The notes below the pieces were generated by a model. It did no database searches. It saw nothing but the letters and a program-made list of their open reading frames with translations, and had not been told where the DNA came from. DNA of 64,000 nucleotides from an uncultured bacterium (GTDB lineage Bacteria > Verrucomicrobiota > Kiritimatiellia > PWTM01), in the NCBI GenBank assembly GCA_938005705.1, contig CALLML010000048.1, positions 2,066 through 66,065 of the forward strand, given 5' to 3'. A program made the translations under genes and the position numbers. Of the stretch, positions 51,438 through 60,481 are shown piece by piece; position 1 is the first letter of the stretch; each line of letters starts with the position of its first letter.

Positions 51438-52940
51438 TCAGAAATAGAGGTCTCGTTCTCCGCGGGCGGTGCGCTCATAAAACTCCATGAATTTCGGAAA
51501 ACCTTTGGGGGCGCGTGATCGAATCTCTTCCAGCTCTCGCTCGAGCACGATTTCGCCTACGGCCTTCGTCTCCGGCGATGCAAAATCGTCGAGCCATTCG
51601 CGGAAAGTGATCACGGCATTAAGCTTGCAGAACTTACCTTCAATGCCGTCGCGTAGAAGATCCATTATGCACTGGCCTGTACGGCCGCAACGATAACCCG
51701 CGGTACAGAACGACGTGATGTACCCTGTTTGGGCTAAGTCCCGTACCAGTTCGTCGAGCGAACGGGTGTCGCCGAGGAGAAATTGCTGGCGATCGGCTCG
51801 CTGGTCTCCTGTTCCTTCTCTGTAAGCACCCACACCGATGCGCGACGAAGCATCCGTTTGCGTGACGCCCAACGGCAGCAGACGTCGCCGCATGTCCGCG
51901 GTCTCGCGCGCCGTGAGAATCATGCCGGTGTATGGCACTGCGAGGCGCAGAAGCACGACGACTTTCTCCATGTCGTCGTCCGACACCGCGTGTCGTGTTT
52001 CTTGAACATACGGTGCATTCTCGGCGGGCTCCAGCCGTGGAAAGGAGATCGTATGGGGACCGATGCCCGTGGCGGCCTCCAATTCGATGGCATGTTGCAA
52101 CAATCCCATGATCTCAAAGCGCCAATCGTAAAGCCCGAACAGCGCTCCGATGCCTACATCGTCAATCCCCGCCTCCAACGCCCGATGCATGGTGTAGAGA
52201 CGCCATGAGTAATCCGCCTTATATCCGGAAGGATGCACCCGCGCGTAGGTGGCGTGATGATAGGTTTCCTGAAATACCTGATAGGTTCCAATGCCCGCGT
52301 CTTTTAACCGGCGTAATTCCTCCAGGCGCATCGGCGGGGCGTTAACGTTCACCCGCCGAATCTGGCCCCAGCCAATGCGCGCCTTCACTTTCACACTGTA
52401 GATCGTGCGAATCGTCTCGCACATGTAGTCCACGTTTGAGTCCGGATGCTCGCCGAAAACGATGATGAGCCGCTTGTGGCCGATGACCCCCGCCAACGTT
52501 TCACATTCCCGACGCACCTCGTCCATCGTCAATGTCCGGCGCTGCATGTGGTCGTTGGCGGCGCGCAGGCCGCAATAGAGGCAGTTGTTGACACATCGGT
52601 TGGAGATATACAGCGGCGCAAAAGTGACAATTCGATTGTCATACACCTTTCGTTTGATATCGCCGGCGGCGGTCCGCATTTCTGCCCACAGCTCCGGATC
52701 GCGCACGCGTATCAGCGCTGCCAGTTCTTCGAGGGTCAGGGTCTGTAGGGCCCGCGATTTGGCGATAATATCGCGCACGTGTGAGGGATCAGGTGGCGTG
52801 GGGTCCGAAATCTGTTGTTCGATTTCCTCGTCATGGATGAAGTCTCGCCCGCCGGAGCGGTATTTCTCGATTTCCTCCGGTCGAATGCGATCACGAGTCC
52901 AGTCGGAGGGATGGGCGCGTGGTATGTCCAGGACTTTCAT
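51438..52940 (-). CDS. hydG: [FeFe]-hydrogenase maturation radical SAM protein HydG
   Basis: FAPLYISNRCVNNCLYCG, FQETYH, GIDDVGIGALFGL, GPHTISFPR, auxiliary cluster motif CTAGYRC-x19-C. Next to a TM1266-type gene. Confidence 0.93.
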   Translation of the reverse strand: MKVLDIPRAHPSDWTRDRIRPEEIEKYRSGGRDFIHDEEIEQQISDPTPPDPSHVRDIIAKSRALQTLTLEELAALIRVRDPELWAEMRTAAGDIKRKVYDNRIVTFAPLYISNRCVNNCLYCGLRAANDHMQRRTLTMDEVRRECETLAGVIGHKRLIIVFGEHPDSNVDYMCETIRTIYSVKVKARIGWGQIRRVNVNAPPMRLEELRRLKDAGIGTYQVFQETYHHATYARVHPSGYKADYSWRLYTMHRALEAGIDDVGIGALFGLYDWRFEIMGLLQHAIELEAATGIGPHTISFPRLEPAENAPYVQETRHAVSDDDMEKVVVLLRLAVPYTGMILTARETADMRRRLLPLGVTQTDASSRIGVGAYREGTGDQRADRQQFLLGDTRSLDELVRDLAQTGYITSFCTAGYRCGRTGQCIMDLLRDGIEGKFCKLNAVITFREWLDDFASPETKAVGEIVLERELEEIRSRAPKGFPKFMEFYERTARGERDLYF

Positions 52941-53221
52941 GCTTGTTCTTTTTCAAAAGCGGCCGTGCCGCACTTGCGGCTCAGCGCGGATTTGACGTGG
53001 ACGTCGGGAATCTGCCCGAGCCGTCCGGTCAATTCACCGATTTCGTCTGTAGATACGTCCACAATTAACGCGATGACACCACAATGACCTTTTTCAAACG
53101 GTACGCCTGTGCGGGCTACGATCCGCTCGCCGAACTCCGAAAGAATAGCGTTGACCTTGGACGCTGTCTGTCGCCGGTTCTCGATAATAATCCCGACAAA
53201 TCCGATGCGTCTTTCCGTCAT
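52937..53221 (-). CDS. TM1266-family iron-only hydrogenase system regulator (ACT/NikR-C-like)
   Basis: RRIGFVGIIIE..VNAILSE..IVARTGVP..VIALIVD..IGELTGRLGQI..VKS. ATGA overlap with hydG. Confidence 0.88.
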   Translation of the reverse strand: MTERRIGFVGIIIENRRQTASKVNAILSEFGERIVARTGVPFEKGHCGVIALIVDVSTDEIGELTGRLGQIPDVHVKSALSRKCGTAAFEKEQA

Positions 53222-53241
53222 GAGTGTTGTTCTCGTAAAAC

Positions 53242-53278
53242 AAAAAAAACCGGATGCGCCACTCCCGCGACGCCCCGG
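53242..53278 (-). terminator. Intrinsic terminator in the TM1266-hydG leader
   Basis: Minus strand CCGGGGCGTCGC-GGGA-GTGGCGCATCCGG followed by T8, ending about 20 nt before ATG 53221. Confidence 0.75.
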
Positions 53279-53520
53279 CCCCTTTGATCCGCTATGGGCT
53301 TTTCGCCACCCTCAGGTTCAGATCCTTCGATCCTTGCCGCAGGAAGCTTTTACAACCTACCGTATTAACGGTGAAAATCAAGACCTGTGTCGTGCGATCC
53401 TACCATACCGGCCCGGATCCCGCCTCCGCCCTCTCATGTTCCGTCTCCATCCAGAGGCCTTGCGGGAGCCGGAAAGCCCGAACAAGAATACAACGGCCTT
53501 GGGTCATGCCGTATTGATCG
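53242..53520 (-). promoter_or_regulatory. Structured 5' leader RNA, candidate riboswitch/attenuator
   Basis: Several hairpins (GATCC/GGATC, ACCGT-TAAT-ACGGT, GATC-GAAG-GATC, CC-GCAA-GG), a long-range stem 53464-53479/53296-53311, and a terminator. TATGAT -10-like hexamer at 53527-53532. Confidence 0.55.
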
Positions 53521-53645
53521 CCGATTATCATAATCCACAGGCATGTGCCCGGCCAGAATGCTCGAGTCCTCGTCGTCGAATTCCGTATTCGGCAAGGGAT
53601 AGGCTTCCGTCTCGCAATAGAAAAATCTTGTTCGACGAAGAAAGA

Positions 53646-53768
53646 TTTGACCATGGATGACGCGGATAAACTCGGATGGGGAAAACTACAAATAACGCGA
53701 ATTGCGCGCATGGAAGACGGGAATGTGGACATCCCCATCCGTGTCCATCCGCGAAATCCGCAGTTGAA
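53646..53768. repeat. Imperfect long hairpin built from ~9-bp GGAT-core tandem units
   Basis: CATGGATGACGCGGATAAACTCGGATGGGGA ... TCCCCATCCGTGTCCATCCGCGAAATCCGC. Confidence 0.65.
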
Positions 53769-53915
53769 CTCGGTCGGGGGGTCTGGCCGAAGAACGCAAA
53801 CCGGAAGATCAGTCGAACCATCGGTCGCACGGTACGGCGCGAAGCGCGCCGCCCGTGAACCGTGACGTTGGGGGAGGCCGAGAGCAGAGGGAAAAACGGA
53901 GCGGAAGCAACGGAT

Positions 53916-53994
53916 TTCCAAGCCTTGGAAAAGGGCGCGAAGAGTTTTTCCAAACCTTGCAAAAACAGGCGCCGGATCTTTCCAAGGCTTGGAA
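53916..53994. repeat. Repeat family B array: three palindromes at 32-bp period
   Basis: TTCCAAGCCTTGGAA at 53916, TTCCAAACCTTGCAA at 53948, TTCCAAGGCTTGGAA at 53980. Confidence 0.9.
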
Positions 53995-54292
53995 ACAGAT
54001 GCCATAACGACATGGCTCTGGCCGACGCTTTGCCCCACGCATTATCTTCCCGCATAAATTCTCTGTCCACAGCCGGTCGGGAGTGTCACTTCGATGGCCA
54101 AACAGCGAACAGTGAAGCTGCAGCGAGCGCCGGAAGTCGTTAATCCGACACCCCGTCGCGGAAAGAAAAAAGTCAAAGACGGACCTTAAATGGACACCCC
54201 GGCATTACCAGAGAGTGGACGGTTTGACAAAGACTGCAGAAGGAGGGAGCGGCCTGCCGGTCTGCGCTAAAACCCGAATGGCGCAGCAGGTC

Positions 54293-54895
54293 TCATATTT
54301 TCGCACAACTGAGCCGTCTGCAGTATTCTTTTCCCGTCGTTTCCGCCCCCGTTTGGTCCGTGAACGTGACTGCGGCGATGTAGGGAAGGTCCCGATACCA
54401 GCCGGCGTAGTCGAGTCCGTAACCGACCGCGAAAACGTCCGGCACGGAAAAACCAACGTAGTCGGCGCTCACCGACGATACGCGGCGCGCGGGCTTATCC
54501 AACAGGGCGCACATGCGGACTTCGACCGCCCCGCGGCGACCCAACCAAGCGCGCGCATAGCTTAGGGTGCGCCCCGTATCGAGAATATCATCCACCAACA
54601 ACACGCGCCGCCCCCGGACATCGGCGGAGAACCCCTTCACCAGGTGCACGCGGCCGCTGGATTCGATTCCGCTGCCATAACTCTCCAGAGTCATGAAATC
54701 AATTACCACGCGTCGGCCGCGCCGATGCAAGGCGCGAATCAGATCGGCCAGAAAGATGAAACTGCCGCGAAGGATGCCGATGATCACAATGGGATCCTCC
54801 GGATAGTCCCGGGCGATGGCCTTCACGAGCAAACGGACGCGTGTGGCGATCTGCCGCTCGGTGAAAAGCACTTTTTTCACGTGGTGAGTCCGCAT
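54293..54895 (-). CDS. hpt: Hypoxanthine phosphoribosyltransferase
   Basis: ILRGSFIFLADL, ESYGSG, PRPP motif VLLVDDILDTGRTL, LLDKP, FAVGYGLD, YRDLPYI. Confidence 0.93.
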   Translation of the reverse strand: MRTHHVKKVLFTERQIATRVRLLVKAIARDYPEDPIVIIGILRGSFIFLADLIRALHRRGRRVVIDFMTLESYGSGIESSGRVHLVKGFSADVRGRRVLLVDDILDTGRTLSYARAWLGRRGAVEVRMCALLDKPARRVSSVSADYVGFSVPDVFAVGYGLDYAGWYRDLPYIAAVTFTDQTGAETTGKEYCRRLSCAKI

Positions 54896-54972
54896 GGCAT
54901 CCAATGGAACAATCCCCCTCCATCCAATTTCGGCCTCCGGCCGGCCTGTTCTGTAATCCGTCCCCCCCAAGC

Positions 54973-55815
54973 TCAGAGGTGTATGATCTGCCCTTGACGC
55001 GCGGCACGCGCCCCCCGAAAGGCGGCGCGAAGACGGCGTTCGATCGCCGCCATGGCGGCATCATCCCGATCAGGCGCGTGATGAATGACAAAAAGCCACT
55101 TCGCGCCGACGGCGCGTGCGACCTCGACCGCGTCGGTCCATCGGCTGTGGCCCCACCCGCGGAATCGTTCATAGTCCTCCGGCGTGTACTGGCCGTCAAA
55201 AAACAGCGCAGTGGGCGGCTCGGGTTGCGTGGCCCATTTTATCCACTGCGCGCGGGCGGACGAGGAGGCCATCGGCCATTCGATATCCGTTGCGAAGATC
55301 ATCGAGGCGCCGGTTGCCGGTTCGTCCAGACGATAGGACCAGCAACCCGCGGGATGGTGCACAGGCGCCCAACGGATGGCCAAACCGCCCCATCGCAGCG
55401 GTCGCCGGCATACGAGGCCCGGAAGATTGCGAAATCGCAGTGCGGCGGCCATGCCGTCCAGTTGCAACGGCCACAGCGGCGGTTCCAACAAGCGGGATAA
55501 TTCACGCGCGATCTGATGGCCGGCGCGGCGAGGAGCGGCGAATTCAATGTGGGCGCGGGCGTCATAGAGCAAAGAGAGTGCAGGCAAACCGATCAGGTGA
55601 TCGAGATGAAAATGGGTGAGGAGCACGAGCACATCATGCGCGGACCGACGCTGAAGACGGGCGCCGAGCCGGCGCGCCCCCGTTCCGATATCCAGTAGCA
55701 CCCGCTCGCCGCCAGCGCCCTCGATGAGAAACGACGTCGTGTCGCCGCCATAGCGCATGAAATTCGTCTGTGAAATTGGAAACGAGCCCCGCACACCACC
55801 CACAACAATGTTCAT
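54973..55815 (-). CDS. MBL-fold metallo-hydrolase (RNase Z / cyclic-nucleotide phosphodiesterase-like)
   Basis: GVRGSFP, YGGDT, LLDIGTG, THFHLDH, ATDIE, DGQYT, GWGHS, HHAP. Confidence 0.88.
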   Translation of the reverse strand: MNIVVGGVRGSFPISQTNFMRYGGDTTSFLIEGAGGERVLLDIGTGARRLGARLQRRSAHDVLVLLTHFHLDHLIGLPALSLLYDARAHIEFAAPRRAGHQIARELSRLLEPPLWPLQLDGMAAALRFRNLPGLVCRRPLRWGGLAIRWAPVHHPAGCWSYRLDEPATGASMIFATDIEWPMASSSARAQWIKWATQPEPPTALFFDGQYTPEDYERFRGWGHSRWTDAVEVARAVGAKWLFVIHHAPDRDDAAMAAIERRLRAAFRGARAARQGQIIHL

Positions 55816-55864
55816 GTTGGCTAATTTCCATTCTATTCCGCCGACCGGCAACCGAAAACACCGC

Positions 55865-58033
55865 CTATTTTTCCGAGAGCGCCCATACGCCGTCCCATTC
55901 TTTCGGCGGGTTCGCCGCTAAAGCGCGACATCGGGCGGCATAGGCGCGGGAGACGGGGTCATGCGGCAGGCGTTCGAAAATGCGGACTGCTTCCTCAAAT
56001 CGGCCGGCGGCGTAGGCCTCGCGGCCCCGCCCGAATTCGGCCCATTCCTCCGGCGCCCGCTCTGCGTCCGTCGGCTCGAACACCCGAACCGGTGTACGGC
56101 GCCCCACCACCCGCAATAGGGCGAGTTCCCGCCCGATAAAATGCGGGGATGCCGCCGCCCAGGTCGTCTCGGATACCATGATAAAGGTGCCAAATGCTTT
56201 GTTCGCGCCCTCCAGACGCGACGCGAGATTGGCCGCATCGCCGAGCACGGTATAGTCGAAACGCTCGCGCGACCCCATATTGCCGACGACCACCTCGCCG
56301 GTGTGAAGGCCCACGCGCATGAAAAGGTCGACACCGCTGCGCTCCCGAAATTCAGCGCGACGATCAGCCAAACGCCGCTGGCACCGAAGGGCGGCGCGCA
56401 CGGCGCGCACGGGGTGGTCGGGCTGCGCGAGCGGGGCGTTCCAAAAAGCGATGATCGCGTCCCCTTCATACTTGTCGAGCGTGCCGCCCTCTTCAAGGAT
56501 GATATCGGTCATATCCGTCAGATAATCGTTCAACAGGCGGGTCAGCGATTCCGGATCAAGTTTTTCGGAAATGGCGGAGAACCCCTGCAGATCCGAGAAA
56601 AAGATCGTCAATTCGCGCCGTTCACCGCCGAGGCGAAGCTGGGAGGGGTCCTGGAGCAGCCGTTCGATCACGACGGGGCTGAGATAATGGCGAAACGCCT
56701 GTTTTAAAAAGGCTTTTTGTCGACCTTCCGTGGCATAATTGTAGATCAAGCCGGAAGTCAGTGAGAAAAAAACGCCCATCGAAACCGGCGCCACCGGAAA
56801 CACCCAGCCCGCATCATACAAGGCGAATCCCAGCGCGAACGGCAACCCCAGGCCCAGCACGAACGCCGCAGCGCCATGCACGGCCCGCCGCGCAAAGACC
56901 GTGGCAGCGGCGCTGAGTATGGTCAGAAGGGCCGTTGCGGCCACGCCCGCGCCCAAAGGTAGTTCACGGACGAAGTCCCCCGAGAGCAGATTGTCCAGCG
57001 CTGTCGCATGGATTTCGACTCCCGGATACACCCGACTCACCGGCGTGGGGCGCAAATCCAACAAGCCGGGGGCGCCAAAACCGAAGAACACATAGGCGTC
57101 TTTGAAGGCGGCAGGCGAGACGGGCGCGGGCTCGTCGGAACCCTCGCGCAGTCGCATTTCCGACTGTATAACGGCCGCGGCCGAGAACGTCTCGTGCGTG
57201 CCGGACGGCCCGCGAAAGCGGAGCCAGGCGCGACCAAGATCGTCTATCGGCACGCGGCGCGGGCCGACGCGTAACCAACCGGGGGAAAGCTCGATCTCGT
57301 TTCCGCCCGATTCCTCCATACGGCGCGCAGCCAACTCGACCGCGAGCGCGAGCGAAGGCACCCAGCGTCCGTCGAAGACACGAAAGAGCCGAGCCCTCCG
57401 GAATATGCCGTCCGCCTCGGGCGATTCACTGACGTTTCCCAACAACAGCGCGTTTTCGGACACTTCCGGAATCGGAAATGTGGCGCGGGTAGCGAGCGCC
57501 TCGGCCGGTGCGCAGGCCAGCCAGCCGTCGAGGCCGCGCACCGTCCAACCGCCATCGGAAACACCTTCGGGCCACGCGACGGTTTCTCCATCGTGATCAC
57601 CTAGAAAAACGGCGCCGACAAATCCGCGAGTGCGTGAGATTGCGGCGGCCAATCGCGCGTCATCGTCGACGCCCATATAGGAGGGCTCTGACAAGATCAC
57701 ATCGAAGGCCACGGCGCGCGCGCCGCCGCGCTCGCAAAAATCGAGAATAGCTGCATAGACCTCACGGGGCCAGGGCCAGGAGAGGTGGCTTTCGCGCCTC
57801 GCCCAATCGAGACTCGCCTGATCGAGCAGAATGATCTTGATTTTCGAAGTGGCGATTCCGGGTCTGGCTCGCAGGCGCACCCGCCAGGCCCAGGTAACCC
57901 CTTCAATGCGATCGAGTAAGTCCAACCGCCAGAACACCACCGCCGCACTAAGGGCGGCGCATCCGATCAGACCGGCGGCCAGCAATCTTCTACGCATGAG
58001 GCGCAGGATAAAACGGCCCCGCCTCGCAGTCAT
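55865..58033 (-). CDS. CHASE2-domain class III adenylate cyclase
   Basis: CHASE2 WPWPR..AFDVI..DGIFRR..YPGVEIHA, 3 TMs, catalytic FSDLQGFS, KYEGDAI, DYTVLGDAANLASRLEG (K/D adenine-specifying residues). Confidence 0.93.
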   Translation of the reverse strand: MTARRGRFILRLMRRRLLAAGLIGCAALSAAVVFWRLDLLDRIEGVTWAWRVRLRARPGIATSKIKIILLDQASLDWARRESHLSWPWPREVYAAILDFCERGGARAVAFDVILSEPSYMGVDDDARLAAAISRTRGFVGAVFLGDHDGETVAWPEGVSDGGWTVRGLDGWLACAPAEALATRATFPIPEVSENALLLGNVSESPEADGIFRRARLFRVFDGRWVPSLALAVELAARRMEESGGNEIELSPGWLRVGPRRVPIDDLGRAWLRFRGPSGTHETFSAAAVIQSEMRLREGSDEPAPVSPAAFKDAYVFFGFGAPGLLDLRPTPVSRVYPGVEIHATALDNLLSGDFVRELPLGAGVAATALLTILSAAATVFARRAVHGAAAFVLGLGLPFALGFALYDAGWVFPVAPVSMGVFFSLTSGLIYNYATEGRQKAFLKQAFRHYLSPVVIERLLQDPSQLRLGGERRELTIFFSDLQGFSAISEKLDPESLTRLLNDYLTDMTDIILEEGGTLDKYEGDAIIAFWNAPLAQPDHPVRAVRAALRCQRRLADRRAEFRERSGVDLFMRVGLHTGEVVVGNMGSRERFDYTVLGDAANLASRLEGANKAFGTFIMVSETTWAAASPHFIGRELALLRVVGRRTPVRVFEPTDAERAPEEWAEFGRGREAYAAGRFEEAVRIFERLPHDPVSRAYAARCRALAANPPKEWDGVWALSEK

Positions 58034-58061
58034 CTTCAAATGTGGGGACGCGAGGCCCGCA

Positions 58062-58961
58062 TCAGCCCATGCGGAAATAAGCGCTCAGAAGAGCCTCATA
58101 TTCCGCCTGGAGGCTCGCGCGGGCCTCCTCTGCAAGGTCTTCGTTGGCGAGCCGGTCGCGCAACAAGAGAATCCTATGGAAATCCGCCAACAATGCGCGT
58201 CCTTCAGCCCGGGTGAGGTCCGGATTCGTCAGTTTTGCGGTCAATGTGTCGAGCGCGAAGACGTTCTTGCCCAACCGATACACCGGCATCCGAGCGCCGT
58301 CCGAATCGTGTTTCTCGGCCCAGATCATGCGGCTGGCGGTGTTCAGCGCATCGCGAAGCAATGCCAATTCTGTGCGGGTCAGACGGCCATCGCCCGTCAG
58401 CGACGACTCGAGGTCGGCGATCGCCTTTTGTTGCGCGCGCAGCGCCTCGGTTTCCTGGGGCGTCAGATATCCCTTGCGGATGCCGTGCCGAATTCGTACC
58501 TCCTGATTTTCCTGCCGTCGATCCACATAAGCGGCGGCTTTTCCCTCCATTTTCCGCCGTTTTTCCTCAAGCCGCTTTTGTTCTTCCGCGCGAAGGCGTT
58601 CCAATTCGCTTTTCCGGGCTTCCAATTCGGCGCTCTTCCTTTCCATGTCAGCCTTGCGCGCTTCCCATTGGACGCGCTCCTTCTCAAGCTCCGCGAGGCG
58701 CGCCTCCAGTTCGGCCTGTTTCTTTTCGATCTGCACACGACGGGCCTCCGCCTCGGGCTCCAGGCGCCCCATTCCGGTCTTGCCCGCCTCGGACACGGCG
58801 TCATTCTTATCGAGGATTCCCCGGCGCTCTTTGACGCCATCCGCCAATCGCTTAAACCGATCTCCCTCCGGACGGCGCAATCCGCCGGTTCCCTCCGCCA
58901 GAGCCGTTGCGCCCCACAGAACCACGATGGCCACCCATCGCACTGTTGTTATCGCTTTCAT
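58062..58961 (-). CDS. Exported coiled-coil/helical protein
   Basis: Signal peptide (…WGATALA), E/K/R heptads, NQEVRIRHGIRKGYLT..E and DGRLTRTE helical repeats. Confidence 0.7.
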   Translation of the reverse strand: MKAITTVRWVAIVVLWGATALAEGTGGLRRPEGDRFKRLADGVKERRGILDKNDAVSEAGKTGMGRLEPEAEARRVQIEKKQAELEARLAELEKERVQWEARKADMERKSAELEARKSELERLRAEEQKRLEEKRRKMEGKAAAYVDRRQENQEVRIRHGIRKGYLTPQETEALRAQQKAIADLESSLTGDGRLTRTELALLRDALNTASRMIWAEKHDSDGARMPVYRLGKNVFALDTLTAKLTNPDLTRAEGRALLADFHRILLLRDRLANEDLAEEARASLQAEYEALLSAYFRMG

Positions 58962-59122
58962 GGCCGTTCCTCCGTCGAATACGTCTTTTTCAACCACTTA
59001 CTATAACGTGCAAGAAAGCCGTCTTATTATAGACCGGAGATTCACCTGGGATTTTCTCTCGGGCCCGTTTCGAACCGCGAAACAACAACCCATTGGCGAG
59101 CCGATACATCGGCCGTAAGACC

Positions 59123-60481
59123 TCAGGCCGTAGCGGCACGAACCACATCCGCCAGGTAGCGAGTCAGACGGTCCACGACTTCCTCTTCCGGTCCTTCCAC
59201 CATCACACGGCACATGTTTTGGGTACCGGAATAGCGGATCAGTACACGGCCCTGCTCGCCCAGTTCGGCTTCCGCAGCACGAATCGCACGGGTCACATTT
59301 GGAAGGCTTTCGAGCGGCGGCTTTCGCGCCACATCCACATTGATCATCTTTTGCGGATACATTCGCAGCCCAGAAGCCAATTCGGAGAGTTTGCAGCCTG
59401 ACTTTCGAAGCGCCACGAGAAGTTGCAACGCCGAAATAATGCCGTCACCGGTCGTATGGTGTTCCAGAAAGATAATGTGCCCGGATGATTCACCGCCCAA
59501 CACGGCATTTTCCTGCCGCATCGTCTCGAGGACGTAGCGGTCACCGACTTTGGACATTCGATGCCGAATGCCGAGATCGCGCAGCGCAACGCCCAGACCA
59601 AAGTTGCTCATCACGGTCGAGATGGCCAGATCGTTGCGCAACCGTCCCTCCTGTTTCAACAGCCGCGCGAAAATATAGAGCAAATGATCGCCGGTCATCT
59701 CCCGGCCGATCTCATCCACGGCGATCAGCCGGTCACCGTCACCGTCAAACGCCAGCCCGACGTCCGCGCCCACCTCGCGCACCTTGGCCGACAGGTCCTG
59801 CGTAAACTGTGAACCGCAACGGTCATTGATGTTCGTTCCGTCTGGTTCGCAATGAATCGCGGTGACGTGGGCGCCGAGTTCCCAGAAGATGATCGGCGCG
59901 ATTTTATAGGTGGCTCCGTTGGCACAATCCAGGACGACTTTAAGCCCTTCCAGCGAGACCTCCTCCGGCACCGTGTTCTTGCAGAAAACGATGTAACGGC
60001 CCATCGCGTCGTCAATGCGGCGGGCACGTCCAATGCCGTCGGCTGTCGGTCGGTGCCGGTCGAGCTCTTTGGACCGAATGAGGGCTTCAATCTCGTCCTC
60101 CTCGGCATCCGGGAGTTTGTAACCGTCGCGCGAAAAAATCTTGATGCCGTTGTCCTGGTAGGGATTGTGGGAGGCGGAGATGACTAGGCCGGCATCGGCC
60201 CGCATGCTGCGGGTAATGAAGGCGATACCGGGTGTCGGCATCGGACCCACCAGCAGGACGTCCACCCCCATCGAACAAATGCCCGCCGTCAGGGCGGTCT
60301 CGAGCATATACCCGCTCAGCCGCGTATCCTTCCCGATCACGATGCGGTGTGGACCGCGTGGATTGTGCCGCTTGCACACATGGGCCGTGGCACGACCAAT
60401 GGCCAGGGCCATCTCCGCCGTCATTGGCGGCATATTGGCCACGCCGCGCACCCCATCAGTGCCGAATAGGCGTTCACTCAT
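59123..60481 (-). CDS. glmM: Phosphoglucosamine mutase
   Basis: LFGTDGVRG, GKDTRLSGYM, VISASHNP, FDGDGDR, GGESSGH, LIRYSGT. Confidence 0.96.
   Translation of the reverse strand: MSERLFGTDGVRGVANMPPMTAEMALAIGRATAHVCKRHNPRGPHRIVIGKDTRLSGYMLETALTAGICSMGVDVLLVGPMPTPGIAFITRSMRADAGLVISASHNPYQDNGIKIFSRDGYKLPDAEEDEIEALIRSKELDRHRPTADGIGRARRIDDAMGRYIVFCKNTVPEEVSLEGLKVVLDCANGATYKIAPIIFWELGAHVTAIHCEPDGTNINDRCGSQFTQDLSAKVREVGADVGLAFDGDGDRLIAVDEIGREMTGDHLLYIFARLLKQEGRLRNDLAISTVMSNFGLGVALRDLGIRHRMSKVGDRYVLETMRQENAVLGGESSGHIIFLEHHTTGDGIISALQLLVALRKSGCKLSELASGLRMYPQKMINVDVARKPPLESLPNVTRAIRAAEAELGEQGRVLIRYSGTQNMCRVMVEGPEEEVVDRLTRYLADVVRAATA

Noticed and set aside
53296-53479. 6S RNA or T-box identity for the hydG leader
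   Set aside because: The 184-nt span is 6S-sized but is multi-branched without a clear central bubble. GGGTGGCGAAA is not the T-box UGGNACC.
53400-54070. ORFs 53400-54038 and 53528-54070, including a possible leader peptide METEHERAEAGSGPVW
   Set aside because: These are read-throughs of repeats and the structured leader. No protein-like features and no regulatory codon run.
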